From an uncultured delta proteobacterium (lineage in GTDB: Bacteria; Myxococcota_A; Polyangia; Polyangiales; Polyangiaceae): a stretch of DNA of 64,000 bases. Positions within the stretch are counted from its first letter, which is position 1. Each line of letters starts with the position of its first letter. The notes under the pieces are model-generated. The model ran no database searches, was not told where the DNA came from, and saw only the letters and a list, made by a program, of their open reading frames with translations. The stretch lies in the NCBI GenBank assembly GCA_963716725.1, contig CAVQUB010000015.1, positions 224,001 to 288,000 of the forward strand. Reading direction: 5' to 3'. This document shows positions 1-11,813 of this stretch, in pieces. A program made the position numbers and the translations under genes.

Positions 1-1191
1 TTCCGCAAATGTGGTCAGTCCTTCGTCCAAGAAGGGCCAGTCGTGCTCGTTGGAGGCCACGATCCCCTGGAACCACTGGTGACCCAGCTCGTGCACGGTG
101 ACGCTTTCGACCATGCGCAGACCCGAGTGCGCGGCCCACCATGGGCCGCCGGTGGTGATGAAGGTCGGGTACTCCATGCCGCCGGCGTCCTGCGCGTGTT
201 CGGGCGGATGCACGACGGTGAGGGTCGGGTGCGGGTAGGCGCCGTACATGCGGTTGAAGCGGGGCAACGCGAAGCGCACCGCATCGGCGGTGACTCTGGC
301 GTTGGCTTCGTGTCCGGGAGGGTAGAGGAAGCGCACGTCCACGTTCTCGATGCGCTCGCTCCGCTCGCGAAAGTCCGGCCAGGCCGTCCAGGCAAAGTCG
401 TGGACGGCGTCGGCCTCGTAGCTCGAGCGCTGGCGGTTCCCGGAGCGCTCCTGCCGCGTCTGGCGCCCCGTCGCGCCCACGACCATGTCGCTGGGCACGT
501 CGAGCGTGACCTGGTAGCGGCCGAAGTCCGCGTAGAACTCGGCTTGGGGGTGGAAGGCGAAGTGAGCCCAACGCCCGTCGGGTTCGCGACGCGCGAGCTT
601 CGGGAACCAGTGGCCGACCAGATGAAATGAGCCCGAGTATCCAGTTCGTTCCACGATTCTGGGCAGGCGGCTGGTCCACTCGAAGTCGATGTGGAGCGTG
701 GCGCCGGAGGCGACCTCGGAGGGCAGGGGGAGGACGATGTCGGTCTGGTCCAGCGGGTCGCCGGGGCTGTGAGGCGCGGCGCGCGGCCACAGGTCTTCGG
801 CGCCCAGCTCGCGGATCGAGAGCCGCGAAACGTCGATGTAGCCGGGGTCCGAGCCGTGATTCCCGCTACGGCCGGCGCCGAAGGGTGAGCGAAGGAAGAC
901 GGTCTGGTCGTTCTTGAATGCGTTCAGGTAGAGGTGAAACCAGAGTTCGTTCGTCGGCTCGGACGAGTGGTTGGTCCATACCAGCGTGCCCTTGCCGGTG
1001 ATCCGGTGGTTCGGCACGTCGAGAATGGCCTCGAGCTCGTAGGACGCGAGGCGCGCCGGCGCATCGCGCGCGCCGCGGTCCGCTGGCGGCACTGGTGCTG
1101 ACTGGGCCAGGCTCTCGGCGCTTGCGCCGACGAGCGCCAACCCGAGCACCACGAGACAGGCGCCGCCGAGGGCTTCAGCGAGGCGCGACAC
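1..1191 (-). CDS. M1 family (aminopeptidase N-like) zinc metallopeptidase, exported; 3' end runs off the window
   Basis: Not in the ORF track because there is no stop in the window. Manual translation from GTG 1191 gives a signal-like N-terminus, then GGMEYP and VTVHELGHQWF-x-DEG (HEXXH-x18-E). Confidence 0.9.
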   Translation of the reverse strand, partial: MSRLAEALGGACLVVLGLALVGASAESLAQSAPVPPADRGARDAPARLASYELEAILDVPNHRITGKGTLVWTNHSSEPTNELWFHLYLNAFKNDQTVFLRSPFGAGRSGNHGSDPGYIDVSRLSIRELGAEDLWPRAAPHSPGDPLDQTDIVLPLPSEVASGATLHIDFEWTSRLPRIVERTGYSGSFHLVGHWFPKLARREPDGRWAHFAFHPQAEFYADFGRYQVTLDVPSDMVVGATGRQTRQERSGNRQRSSYEADAVHDFAWTAWPDFRERSERIENVDVRFLYPPGHEANARVTADAVRFALPRFNRMYGAYPHPTLTVVHPPEHAQDAGGMEYPTFITTGGPWWAAHSGLRMVESVTVHELGHQWFQGIVASNEHDWPFLDEGLTTFAE

Positions 1192-2002
1192 CGGTGCCGA
1201 GCCCGATGACCTGCTGCTCGAAGAGCGTGTACACGATGCGCAGCGCGTCCAGCCGAGGCATGCCGCTGATGTCGAGGAGCTCTTCGATGGTCGAGGAGCC
1301 GTCCACGAGCGACAAGAGGAATCCGGCGCGGTGGTCGAGGTTGAGCCAACGAACCTGGTCGGCTGGGATTGCGACGTACACCGGTTGGTCGAGGGATCCG
1401 AGCCGAGCCGAGTACATTTGCACGAGCACGTCGCGACAGCTGTCGGCGAAACGCAGCGCGTCGGCGTGGGTCGGACTGCCATCGAGCAAGGTTTCGGCCA
1501 AGACCAGCGCGCCAGTGAAGTCCCCTGCCGCGTAGCGGTCGCGCATCTGGGTCTCCAGCGGCTCGTCCACGGGGGGCGCCATGGGCGTCTCGAGGTCGAG
1601 TTCGAGCTCGCGTGCGGCGCTCCCGAGCTGCATCGGATCCGGCGACTTGGTGGAGGAGCGGTGGAGCTGAAGGTCGTCGACGTGGCTGTCCCGCATCGGC
1701 TCGTCCATCTCGAGGTCGGGGACCTTCGGGGCCGGCGCGGGGGTCGGCTTGTCGGTGGGTCGGTCCTCGCGGGGCTGCACGCCGGAGCGCTCTTCGGGCT
1801 CTTCGGCGTGCTGCATCGCACGCCGCACGTACTCGGACGGCGGCTCCGGCGGGATCGCCGTCACCCGGTCGAACTCGCTGTGTTCGAACTCGGGCACCGC
1901 CTGCAAGTTGGGGATCGGGATCTCTCCGCTGGCTTCGTCGTCGTCCCACGCCAGATCGATCAGATCGATCTCGGGATTGGGTTTGCCGCCTTCGTTTCCC
2001 AT
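1175..2002 (-). CDS. Hypothetical protein: acidic/Pro-rich disordered N-terminus, TPR-like hairpin and C-terminal winged-helix-like module
   Basis: 275-aa ORF. C-terminus LDHRAGFLLSLVDGSSTIEELLDISGMPRLDALRIV. Packed between dnaK and the M1 peptidase. Confidence 0.75.
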   Translation of the reverse strand: MGNEGGKPNPEIDLIDLAWDDDEASGEIPIPNLQAVPEFEHSEFDRVTAIPPEPPSEYVRRAMQHAEEPEERSGVQPREDRPTDKPTPAPAPKVPDLEMDEPMRDSHVDDLQLHRSSTKSPDPMQLGSAARELELDLETPMAPPVDEPLETQMRDRYAAGDFTGALVLAETLLDGSPTHADALRFADSCRDVLVQMYSARLGSLDQPVYVAIPADQVRWLNLDHRAGFLLSLVDGSSTIEELLDISGMPRLDALRIVYTLFEQQVIGLGTGVAPR

Positions 2003-2006
2003 GACT

Positions 2007-3834
<1,828 letters not shown>

Positions 3835-3869
3835 GTCTGCCTTTCGAGAGCTTCATTCGTGCCGCGTTT

Positions 3870-5351
3870 TCAAACATCACCGCGTTTGATGCGTTTTATC
3901 CAGTCTTTGACCGTATCATCCCCCGGAGCCATCTGCGCAACCCGCTCGAATTCGGCCAGGGCGCTCTCTTTCATGCCGGCTTTGACGTAGATCTTCGCCA
4001 GCGTCTGCCGCGGTTCCACCGATTTGGGCGCCAGGGCGACTGCCTTGCGGGCCATGTCCCCGGCCTTGCGCATGTCGCCGTCGCCCTCGTACAGGCAAGT
4101 CGCGATCTTGTCGAAGATGTTCGGGCTCGGCTTGCCCCGGGCCACCTTCTCGTAGGTCGCCGCCGCCTCCAGCCAGTGCTTGTTCGTCTCCTCGTACTTC
4201 GCTTGTTCGAGGTAGGTGTCGGCCAAGAGGGCCGCGGCCCGCTCCTGCACCTCGTCGAAGCGCGATTTGAGCGCTGCGTCGTCCGGCGCCAGGGTCACGG
4301 CGATGCGCAAGGCGTTGGCAGCCGAAATGACGTCGCGGGTGGCCATCGAGGCGTCGGCGGCATCGATGTACTTCTGCACCTGGTTGTCCCGAGCCTGGCT
4401 CAGCCGAGCTTCATAGCGGCGCTTGAGGTCATCGGCGACGTGCTCTTGGATCGCGGCGCGACTCACGCCCGAAGGAGGCGCGGAGGTCCTCGCCGCCGGG
4501 GCCATGGACCCGCGGAGCTTGCGGGCGAGGGAGCGTCGCCGTTCCTCCGGATCCGAAGCGGCCGGGGGGGACGAGGCGCTCGGGGGAGCGTGGCTGGCGC
4601 GCTCGGACACCCGGGCTTCTTGCTCGATGCGCTGGCGGACGGACTCCATCTCGAGGGACTCGACGCGGAAGGAGCGCTCGAGCTTCTTGGTGCGCTGCTG
4701 AACCGCGAGGTAGGCGTCGTATTCCGATCGCGACTGCGGCCGGGACAGGACGTCTTGCGCTTCGGTCAAACGCTGGAACACGCGTTCGAGCTTGGTCTTG
4801 AAGGTCCCGAGCTGTTTTCCGAAGTATTTGTCGGGGTGGAAGATGCCGACGACCTTGAAGTAGGCCTCTTTGATCTCCTTCTTCTCGGAGGTCGTCGATA
4901 CGTCGAGCAAGTCGTAGTGGGTGGTGCTGTCCAGGCGGTAGTAGTAGTCGAGGATCTTGCGTCTGCGCGGCAGATCGATCTCGACTTGCTCGTCGAGCTC
5001 CGCCGGATCGTAGAGCGCGCCCGCCGGATGTTCGGCGTCCGGGTGTTCCGCGGACTTGGCTTCGATGACCGGATGGGACAGCCGGACGCCGGGCGGAACC
5101 GAGGAACGCTCGGGCGGTGGCCGTGAGTTCTCGATCACGCTCGCGTACTGAACCGCACCGAGCTCCACCAGTCGCTTCAGGCTCTTCTGCACCTTGCCGC
5201 CGTCGAGCCCCGTGGCGGCGGCGATGTCCGCCTCGCTCGATCGGCCGTCCACGCGCGTCAGCACGAAGGCCTCTTCGGGTCCGATGGGCAGCGAGCGCAT
5301 GTCCACGCCCTCGACCAGGCGCGGGGCTTGACCCTCTTCACGCGGCGGCAC
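3870..5351 (-). CDS. J-domain co-chaperone with N-terminal winged-helix module and C-terminal TPRs (start uncertain, 5301-5429)
   Basis: HYDLLDV...EIKEAYF...FHPDKY (HPD motif). C-terminal TPR-like helices. Immediately upstream of dnaK. Confidence 0.88.
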   Translation of the reverse strand: MPPREEGQAPRLVEGVDMRSLPIGPEEAFVLTRVDGRSSEADIAAATGLDGGKVQKSLKRLVELGAVQYASVIENSRPPPERSSVPPGVRLSHPVIEAKSAEHPDAEHPAGALYDPAELDEQVEIDLPRRRKILDYYYRLDSTTHYDLLDVSTTSEKKEIKEAYFKVVGIFHPDKYFGKQLGTFKTKLERVFQRLTEAQDVLSRPQSRSEYDAYLAVQQRTKKLERSFRVESLEMESVRQRIEQEARVSERASHAPPSASSPPAASDPEERRRSLARKLRGSMAPAARTSAPPSGVSRAAIQEHVADDLKRRYEARLSQARDNQVQKYIDAADASMATRDVISAANALRIAVTLAPDDAALKSRFDEVQERAAALLADTYLEQAKYEETNKHWLEAAATYEKVARGKPSPNIFDKIATCLYEGDGDMRKAGDMARKAVALAPKSVEPRQTLAKIYVKAGMKESALAEFERVAQMAPGDDTVKDWIKRIKRGDV

Positions 5352-5418
5352 TGGTGCTCGATCTCCCGGGGGCCAAAATACAGCGATAGCGTAGTGCGCG
5401 GGCCGTCCTTTCTGCAAA

Positions 5419-6294
5419 TCAGCCCGCACGCGCCGCCGTCATCCACAACCACCAGCCCGGCGCCCGGAGAATTGCCGCGGAGAGCGCATCGGCAACGCGT
5501 TGCGTCATCCGGGTCGCGCAGCCGTCGCCGTCGGCCAGCCGGCGCACGTCGAGGCGGAACGCGCTGCCGCCCGGCAAGGGCTCCAGAGCGCAGACCAGCA
5601 CCGGAACCCCAGCCGCGCGGGCGAGCCGGGCCGGCCCCGCGGGCATCGCATGCGGCTGCTTCAGGAACTCCACCGACACGCTCGGCACCCGTGTTGGCAG
5701 GTCGGGCAGCACGCCGACGAGTTGCCCGCTGCGCAGCGCCCGCACGATGCGAATGGCGGCGCCTGGGCGCCCCCGGTGGATCACCGCGACTCCGTGGGCA
5801 ACGCGGTGCGCGTCCACGTGGCTGTCGAGCGCCGGATCGTAGCTCTCGCGCACCACGACCGCTGGCGATAGGCCGAGCTCGGCGACGGCGGGCGCCACCA
5901 GCTCGAAGGGACCCAGGTGCGCGCTCACCACGACCGCGCCGCCCGCCCGCTGGAGCTCGCGACGAGCGTCGTCGTCGATCACGACCCACGAGCTCGCTCT
6001 CGCGCCGGGACGACGCAGCAGCAACGTCACCGCCAGGCTCGTGCCGGCGTTGACGAAACACTCCCGCGCGACGCGTTCGGCTTCTGCTTCGGGCAGCGAG
6101 CGCCTGGCGCGCTCCCTCGCGCTCCGGGCGAGTCCGGGCGCAAGCCAGGGAAGGAGCCGTCCGGCGGAGCGACACGCGGCGAAGAGCAGGCGGGGAGGCA
6201 GCCGATCGGCGACCGCGAGCAAGGCCACCACCACGCTGCGAATCAGCGCGTTCTTGAGCCGCTGGCGAGGTCCCCAGTCGGCTGGGGCGCTCAT
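5419..6294 (-). CDS. LpxL/HtrB-type lysophospholipid (lipid A) acyltransferase family protein
   Basis: VSAHLGPFEL (HX4E), GVLPD, VEFL, GPARLA and WWLW motifs. ATG 6294 overlaps the stop of the upstream gene (ATGA). Confidence 0.8.
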   Translation of the reverse strand: MSAPADWGPRQRLKNALIRSVVVALLAVADRLPPRLLFAACRSAGRLLPWLAPGLARSARERARRSLPEAEAERVARECFVNAGTSLAVTLLLRRPGARASSWVVIDDDARRELQRAGGAVVVSAHLGPFELVAPAVAELGLSPAVVVRESYDPALDSHVDAHRVAHGVAVIHRGRPGAAIRIVRALRSGQLVGVLPDLPTRVPSVSVEFLKQPHAMPAGPARLARAAGVPVLVCALEPLPGGSAFRLDVRRLADGDGCATRMTQRVADALSAAILRAPGWWLWMTAARAG

Positions 6295-6722
6295 GGGCCG
6301 CAGCCGCGGCGTAACTTCTCGCTCGCGGAGTCGACTCGGCTCTTGGCCTTCACGCAACGCCCGCCGGGATCGGCGGGGCCGTTGAGATCGCAGATGCGGG
6401 CGGCCGAGCGTCGCATCGAGTCCAGGGCCTTGCGCGCGACCTCGCAGTCCGGTGTCGTCCCGAGCGCGCTCGCGAGGTCTCCGGAGTGACGATCGAGGGT
6501 GGCTTCGGCCTCGTCCATGGAAGCCAGGGCCGGCTGAGCAAAACCTGGGCTGGGGCTCGGCTGCTGGCTCTCGGAGTTCTTGAACTCGGCGCGTTCGTCG
6601 CTCGACGACGGAGCCTCCGCGCCTGCGCCCGGAGCTGCCGGGGGCGCGGACTGCCGGCCCGGCGAAGCGCACGCCACGGAGACCATCGCCAGCGCACTGG
6701 CCAGGGCCCAGCGCGAACTCAC
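6291..6722 (-). CDS. Small lipoprotein, Cys-containing helical C-terminus
   Basis: Lipobox-like VSVAC. Start and stop overlap the neighbouring genes (GTGA, ATGA). Confidence 0.7.
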   Translation of the reverse strand: MSSRWALASALAMVSVACASPGRQSAPPAAPGAGAEAPSSSDERAEFKNSESQQPSPSPGFAQPALASMDEAEATLDRHSGDLASALGTTPDCEVARKALDSMRRSAARICDLNGPADPGGRCVKAKSRVDSASEKLRRGCGP

Positions 6723-7301
6723 GGGCCGCCTTCCTTTTGAGACGTGGCCCGCTCAATCACCTCTGCCTGGATCGACATCGACTTCTCGAAGGCGTCGAGC
6801 GCGCGCTTCTTTGCGGCCTCTGCGCCGCTCGCGTCGCCCTTGGACCCGAGTTCCTTGCCCAGGCGTTCTTCGACCAAGCCGCGGATCTCGAACAGGTGGC
6901 CGCGGAAATACGTGGTCTCCTCGGCGAGCGCCAGACCACGCTCGACGTCCTTCGCCGCCGGGTCGTGCCGACCGAGCTGGCTCTTCAGAATCCGCGAGCC
7001 TGGCCAGCGAGTCGGCCATCACCTCGCGGACCTCGGCCGGGGCCGCTGCTCCGCCGCCGCCCGGCGCGGGGCCGTCCACGAGCCGTTGTAGTGGTTCGAT
7101 GGCCTGCTCGAGCGCTCCGGCTTCTTCGTGGCGATCGGCGATGTGGTGCGCGCTCTTGGCCCGCGACAAGAAGGCGAGCAGCACCGGGTCGACCGGCGTC
7201 CCGGCGCCGCCGCTGGGGGGGCCATCGCCGCCGCCCTTGCTGCAACCGGTGCTCAGTCCGACGAGCGCCAGGAGCACGAGCACGAGCACGAAGCGTGACA
7301 T
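6719..7301 (-). CDS. TPR-like lipoprotein, split by one extra base at 6989-6990 (probable sequencing error)
   Basis: MSRFVLVLVLLALVGLSTGC lipobox. Removing one base gives ARLADLKSQLGRHDPAAKDVERGLALAEETTYFRGHLFEIRG, ending at TGA 6719, which overlaps the next GTG. Confidence 0.75.
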
Positions 7302-7909
7302 CAGCGCACCCCCCACAGGGCATAGCGATTGGAGCGCAGGTCCCGCGAGCGAGCGAGCGCGATGCGATCGACTCGCGCCGTCGTCGCACCCGACTCGAAC
7401 TTCTCGGTGAACATGCCCGCGGTCGAGCGTGACACGGCCAGCTGCTCGGCGCGTTGGGCGAGCTCCACGCCGGCGTCGCTGTCGAGGGCCGGCCCGATCA
7501 CCAGAAACCACGAGGCCGCCAGGGCCAGGGCTGCGGTCGCTGCTGTTCCGAAGGCCACCACCACCAGCTTGCGGCCGCGCGCCGAGCGCCGCCCGAAGAT
7601 CTGGCTCGCGACGCGCTCTGCGTCGAGCGCGCGCAGGGCGGGTGGGCAGGCCGCTGCGCGCAAGGCGCGCGCCAGATCGGCGGAAGCATGGCTCGCGTTG
7701 CCGTCGAGCGCGTCGCGCAGGCGGGCGCTCTCGGCGATTTCTTCGTCGGTGGGCGGGGCGAGGGGGTCTTCGAGCGCCGCGGCGATCAGCGCCTCGTTGA
7801 CCGCTTCGTCGAGCAGTCCGGGGGCGAAGGCGGCGCGCACCGCCCGGGCGAGCTCTTCTTCCTGCTCCTCCGGCAGTAGCGCCAGGTCATCGTGGGAGTC
7901 GTGCTTCAC
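7301..7909 (-). CDS. Putative anti-sigma factor / single-pass membrane protein
   Basis: Coupled directly downstream of the ECF sigma gene. One TM segment (LVVVAFGTAATAALALAASWFLVIG). Confidence 0.55.
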   Translation of the reverse strand: MKHDSHDDLALLPEEQEEELARAVRAAFAPGLLDEAVNEALIAAALEDPLAPPTDEEIAESARLRDALDGNASHASADLARALRAAACPPALRALDAERVASQIFGRRSARGRKLVVVAFGTAATAALALAASWFLVIGPALDSDAGVELAQRAEQLAVSRSTAGMFTEKFESGATTARVDRIALARSRDLRSNRYALWGVR

Positions 7910-8502
7910 GACCCACCTGCGTCGCTGGCGAGGGCCTTCTTCAACGCGGCCATCGCGCGGTGCAGTACCACGTCGAAGGTGGCCACGCTGACCTCGAGCT
8001 GTTTCGCGGCTTCCTCCCGCGAGCGCTCTTCCAGGACCCGGAGCCGGATCGCGGTGGCGTAGCGCGGGTTGAGTCGCCCGAGCAGCGCGTCCACCCGGCC
8101 ACGGGCCTGGGCCAGATCGTGCTGCTCGATGAGGTCGGCCTCCCGCGAGTCATTCGCGGCGTCGTCGATCTCGCGTTCGACGTCCGCAGGCTCGAACAGC
8201 ACCTCGCGCTTGCGTGCCCGGAGCTGATCGAGCGCAGTCCGCAGCGCCACGACGCGCAACCAGGGGTAGACCCCGACGCTCTGCCAGGTGAACTGGTCGA
8301 AGCGCTCGACGACCTTCATGTAGGTGGCGCTCAGGGCCTCCTCGGCCGCGGCGGCGCTGCCCAGCCGCGGCAAGAGCACGCTGCGGTACAAGCGTGGGCC
8401 GTAGCGCCGGAGCAGCGTCCCAAGCGCTTCTCGGTCTCCGGCCTGGGCCTGCACGGCGAGCACGCGCTCCTCCTCGAGCTCCTCCGGGTCCCGTTCCAGC
8501 AC
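7906..8502 (-). CDS. ECF-type RNA polymerase sigma-70 factor
   Basis: Region 2 (AQAGDREALGTLLRRYGPRLY...AEEAL...YPWLRVVA) and region 4 (SREEAAKQLEVSVATFDVVLHRA). Start GTG 8502 chosen; the ORF extends to 8625. Confidence 0.9.
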   Translation of the reverse strand: MLERDPEELEEERVLAVQAQAGDREALGTLLRRYGPRLYRSVLLPRLGSAAAAEEALSATYMKVVERFDQFTWQSVGVYPWLRVVALRTALDQLRARKREVLFEPADVEREIDDAANDSREADLIEQHDLAQARGRVDALLGRLNPRYATAIRLRVLEERSREEAAKQLEVSVATFDVVLHRAMAALKKALASDAGGS

Positions 8503-8745
8503 TGCGGGGACTCTACACGGGGGCATTGGCCCGAACAGCCCTCCGAAGAGCCGCCACGCGACCTGGCCGACCCCCGCCGCCACGGCGGTCGGGGTCATGG
8601 GGGCCGGGAGGCACAGGGCGGTCATGCCCTCGGAACGTCGGGCGGCCCCTCCAGCTTACGCCCGTTCGTTCAGTGCCTCGGATTTGCCGATGCCAGAGAA
8701 AAAGGCTTGCCAGCGGGGGCCGCGGCCTAAACATTCCCGCTCGCC

Positions 8746-9591
8746 TTGGCCTCCGGCTCCAGCATTTGCCCCCACTGCGGTGGTTTGAACTCCGTCGACG
8801 AGAAGGCGTGTTTTCGCTGCGGTCAGCGCATGCCTGGCCCCGCAGGGCGCGCGGCGATGGGTCTGATCACCACGGCGCTCGGCCGCGAGTTTCCGCTGAC
8901 CAAGCTGTACGTGATCCTCTGCGTCGCGGTCTTCGTCATGATGGTGGTCACGACCAAGCAACTGCAGATGCTCGGCGGTGTTCGCCCGTCGGAGGCGCTA
9001 CGCTGGGGGGCGCTCTTCGGCACCCTCGGCCGCGAAGAACCTTGGCGCTACCTCTCGGCGATGTTCGTGCACTTCGGCGCGCTGCACGTCGGCTTCAACA
9101 TGATGGCGCTCTGGGACTTCGGTCGCGCCACCGAGCAACGGCTGGGCTCCGGGAGGTTCACGCTGATCTTCATCGGGACCGGAGTGGCCGGTTTCATCGC
9201 CAGCGACCTCTGGTACGCCTTCAGCGGCGCTCCGGCCCTGACCGCGGGCGCCAGCGGCGGTCTGTTCGGGGTGATCGCCGCGCTGATCGGCTACCTGTAC
9301 GCCGCGAAAGACCCAGCCTGGAAGCAGTTCCTGATGCGCGTGGTGGTCTACGCCGTGATCTTCGCGGTGGCGCTCTCGGTCAACAACGCCGCCCACATCG
9401 GCGGCTTTGTGACCGGGTTTCCTCTGGGCTACGCCTTCTACAAAGAGCGCTCCCCGTGGAGCCGGAACAAGATATTCGGTGGTGTGGCGGCCCTGCTGGT
9501 GGTGGCCAGCGCGGCTTCGATCGTGCTGTGTCACACCTCGAACGTGTGGAAGGAAGTGCGCCAGCACGAGTTGATGCGGGGGCGGGACTGA
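8746..9591 (+). CDS. Rhomboid family intramembrane serine protease with N-terminal zinc ribbon
   Basis: CPHC-x10-CFRC, EPWR, HFGALHVGFN, GASGG (catalytic Ser), NAAHIGG (catalytic His). Confidence 0.93.
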   Translation: MASGSSICPHCGGLNSVDEKACFRCGQRMPGPAGRAAMGLITTALGREFPLTKLYVILCVAVFVMMVVTTKQLQMLGGVRPSEALRWGALFGTLGREEPWRYLSAMFVHFGALHVGFNMMALWDFGRATEQRLGSGRFTLIFIGTGVAGFIASDLWYAFSGAPALTAGASGGLFGVIAALIGYLYAAKDPAWKQFLMRVVVYAVIFAVALSVNNAAHIGGFVTGFPLGYAFYKERSPWSRNKIFGGVAALLVVASAASIVLCHTSNVWKEVRQHELMRGRD

Positions 9592-9592
9592 A

Positions 9593-11773
9593 CTAGCGCC
9601 GTCGCCACACCACGATCCCCCAGGCCAAGGGTCCGAGCACGCTGATGAGCAGCGCGGCGGCGACCCAGGGGTTCCAGTGAGCCGTGACTTCGACGCGGTG
9701 GTGCCCCGCCGGCAGGGCGACGGCGTAGTACGCGGGGAAGATCATGCGCGGTTGCACAGATCGGCCGTCGAGCTTCCAGCGCCAGGCCGGGTGCGCTGTG
9801 ACCCGCAGCACCAGCTCGACCGGGCCCGGCGCATCGACCTCGACGCTGTGCCTTGCGTTGGCGTGGGCTTCGCTCGACAGGCGCGCGCCGTCGATGGAGC
9901 AAGGCTCCGTGACGACGTCGAACCCGGCGGGGAGGGCGCCAGGTCGAAGCTCGATCCATTCGCTGGGGTCGAACAGGGCCGTTCGTTGTGCGTCGCTGCC
10001 GGCATCGCGAAGCAGGCCCGCCCCCAGCGTTGCACTGGGCCCGGACCGTCGCTCGCGGGAGCAGCCCAGTCCGAAAAGCGAGCTACCGCCGCGTCGCGCG
10101 TACAGGTGAAGGGGCCCGTAGCGGCCAACGAGCTCGAAGCCGGGAGCGTTTTCGGGGCCGAGCTCCGCCCCCAGCAGCAGATGACTGATGCCCAGAGCCT
10201 CGCTGCGCTCAGCGAGCCCCGGTTGCTCCGGGGCCAGCAGCCGCACCAGCTGCCACGCGAATCCGACGTGGGCACCGACGCCCCGGGTGGTCGCCAGCGG
10301 GAGCGCGGAGGCGGATTCGATGCCGGTAGCGGCAGTGCAGGTCGCGGGCACCGCTCCCTCGCGGTCATCGATCCAGAGTCGGACGCCCCGGAGCTGCCCC
10401 AGGGCGGCGCGCAGCGCTTGAAACTGAGCTTCGTCCGGCTCTCGTGCCCCGCAGGGTCCCTGGGCGATGCTGGCAGAAATGGCGGCGATTCGGGCGTTGG
10501 CGTTGCCCGCGTGGGAAAGCGCCAGCGGCAGCGCAATGCCCACCCCCACAGCTGCGCCGACGACCTGGGTCGCGCGCATGGGCAGCATGCGGCCGAACCA
10601 CCGCCCCATGGTTTCGCGCTGCTGCTCCAGGGCAACGATCACGGACGCTGCGGCCACCAGCGGCACCAACGCGAGGATCCGAAGCGGCTGAACCACCTTC
10701 AACGCGAGCTCGCCGAGGCGTCCCGCGTCCGCAAGCGACGGACCGACCACGGAGAGAGCCACCACGAGTACCGAAGCGATCAGCGCCGCGCGGGCCGGCG
10801 CCAGTTTGGCGCGGGCGAACAGCACGACGACCGAGGCGGCCCAGAGGCCCGTGAGAATCGGCAACCGGTCGCGGTCGAGCAACACGCCGTCCCAAAACCA
10901 ATCGACGAGCCGATCGGGGCCGAATCCGAGCTGCATCCAGCGCGGGATCGCGGGCCAACCAAAGGGCAGCCCGAGGTGGAGCATGCCGTATCCGTAGACG
11001 ACTGCGGAAACGAGCGCCGCCGAGCCGAGACTCGCGCCCGCGTTGAGCGCCCATTGCCGCCTTCGAGCGGCCGCCACGGCGACGGTCAGCAAGATCGCCG
11101 CGCCCAAGGCGACCTGCGGGTGCGCCAAGAACGACAAGTTCGCCCAAAGCGCCGCCCACGCCAGGTTGCGTCCGACGAGCACGCTCGCCAGCCAGAGCAC
11201 CAGCAGCGGCATGACCACACACTGCGAGACCAGCCCCAAGTGGAAGTAGGTGGCGGTGCTGCCCACGAAGGGGTTGAGCGGACTTGTCCAGACCACCAGG
11301 AGCGTGCCGGCGAGACTTGACACAACCGTCGCACCGAGTCGGCGCGCCAACAGGTAGGCCAGCACCGGGGTCGCGACGATACAACCGAAACAGACCCAAT
11401 TGGTGGCGTTGACCGGCGACACACCCAAAGCCATCGGCAGGCCGGTCAACACCCAACCCACGATCGGGTAGTGGGAGGCGAGGGGAAACCCGCCCAGGTA
11501 GCTGTCGACCCAACCGCTCCCGATCCCACCGTCGAACAAGCGCCGGGCAACGATCGCGTGGGTGCGGGCGTCCGCTGGCAGGAAGCCCGGGAGGTTGCTT
11601 GCCGCGCGCATGAGCAGCAGCTCTGGCGTGTGGGCAGCGAGCAGGGCGGCGATCGCGAACGCGTCACGCCAAGTGGCGGGATCCGCCGGGGCGGGCGCGC
11701 GGGCGGGCGCTGGACTTCGCACCCCGACGAGAACCGTCACCAGCGCGACGATCACGAGTGCTGCCTGGATCAT
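9593..11773 (-). CDS. Polytopic membrane protein, GT-C/YfhO-like putative glycosyltransferase
   Basis: DARTH in the first loop, GWVDSYLGGFPLASHYP, about 10-12 TM segments, C-terminal HPAWRWKLDG...AVALPAGHHRVE (YfhO-like tail). Confidence 0.65.
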   Translation of the reverse strand: MIQAALVIVALVTVLVGVRSPAPARAPAPADPATWRDAFAIAALLAAHTPELLLMRAASNLPGFLPADARTHAIVARRLFDGGIGSGWVDSYLGGFPLASHYPIVGWVLTGLPMALGVSPVNATNWVCFGCIVATPVLAYLLARRLGATVVSSLAGTLLVVWTSPLNPFVGSTATYFHLGLVSQCVVMPLLVLWLASVLVGRNLAWAALWANLSFLAHPQVALGAAILLTVAVAAARRRQWALNAGASLGSAALVSAVVYGYGMLHLGLPFGWPAIPRWMQLGFGPDRLVDWFWDGVLLDRDRLPILTGLWAASVVVLFARAKLAPARAALIASVLVVALSVVGPSLADAGRLGELALKVVQPLRILALVPLVAAASVIVALEQQRETMGRWFGRMLPMRATQVVGAAVGVGIALPLALSHAGNANARIAAISASIAQGPCGAREPDEAQFQALRAALGQLRGVRLWIDDREGAVPATCTAATGIESASALPLATTRGVGAHVGFAWQLVRLLAPEQPGLAERSEALGISHLLLGAELGPENAPGFELVGRYGPLHLYARRGGSSLFGLGCSRERRSGPSATLGAGLLRDAGSDAQRTALFDPSEWIELRPGALPAGFDVVTEPCSIDGARLSSEAHANARHSVEVDAPGPVELVLRVTAHPAWRWKLDGRSVQPRMIFPAYYAVALPAGHHRVEVTAHWNPWVAAALLISVLGPLAWGIVVWRRR

Positions 11774-11813
11774 GAGGGTCGCGGAAAGCTCGAGTCGGTG
11801 CTCGGTCCGAAGC

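Noticed and set aside
8680..8745. GGCCTAAAC upstream of the rhomboid resembles part of a c-di-GMP-I riboswitch
   Set aside because: The GGCAAA...GAAA...GACGCAAA core is absent. The segment reads better as a TTGCCA/TAAACA promoter.
8746..9591. Rhomboid as the sorting enzyme for the MYXO-CTERM-like protein at 49431
   Set aside because: They are 40 kb apart, and MYXO-CTERM processing is attributed to a different protease family. No support in the sequence.
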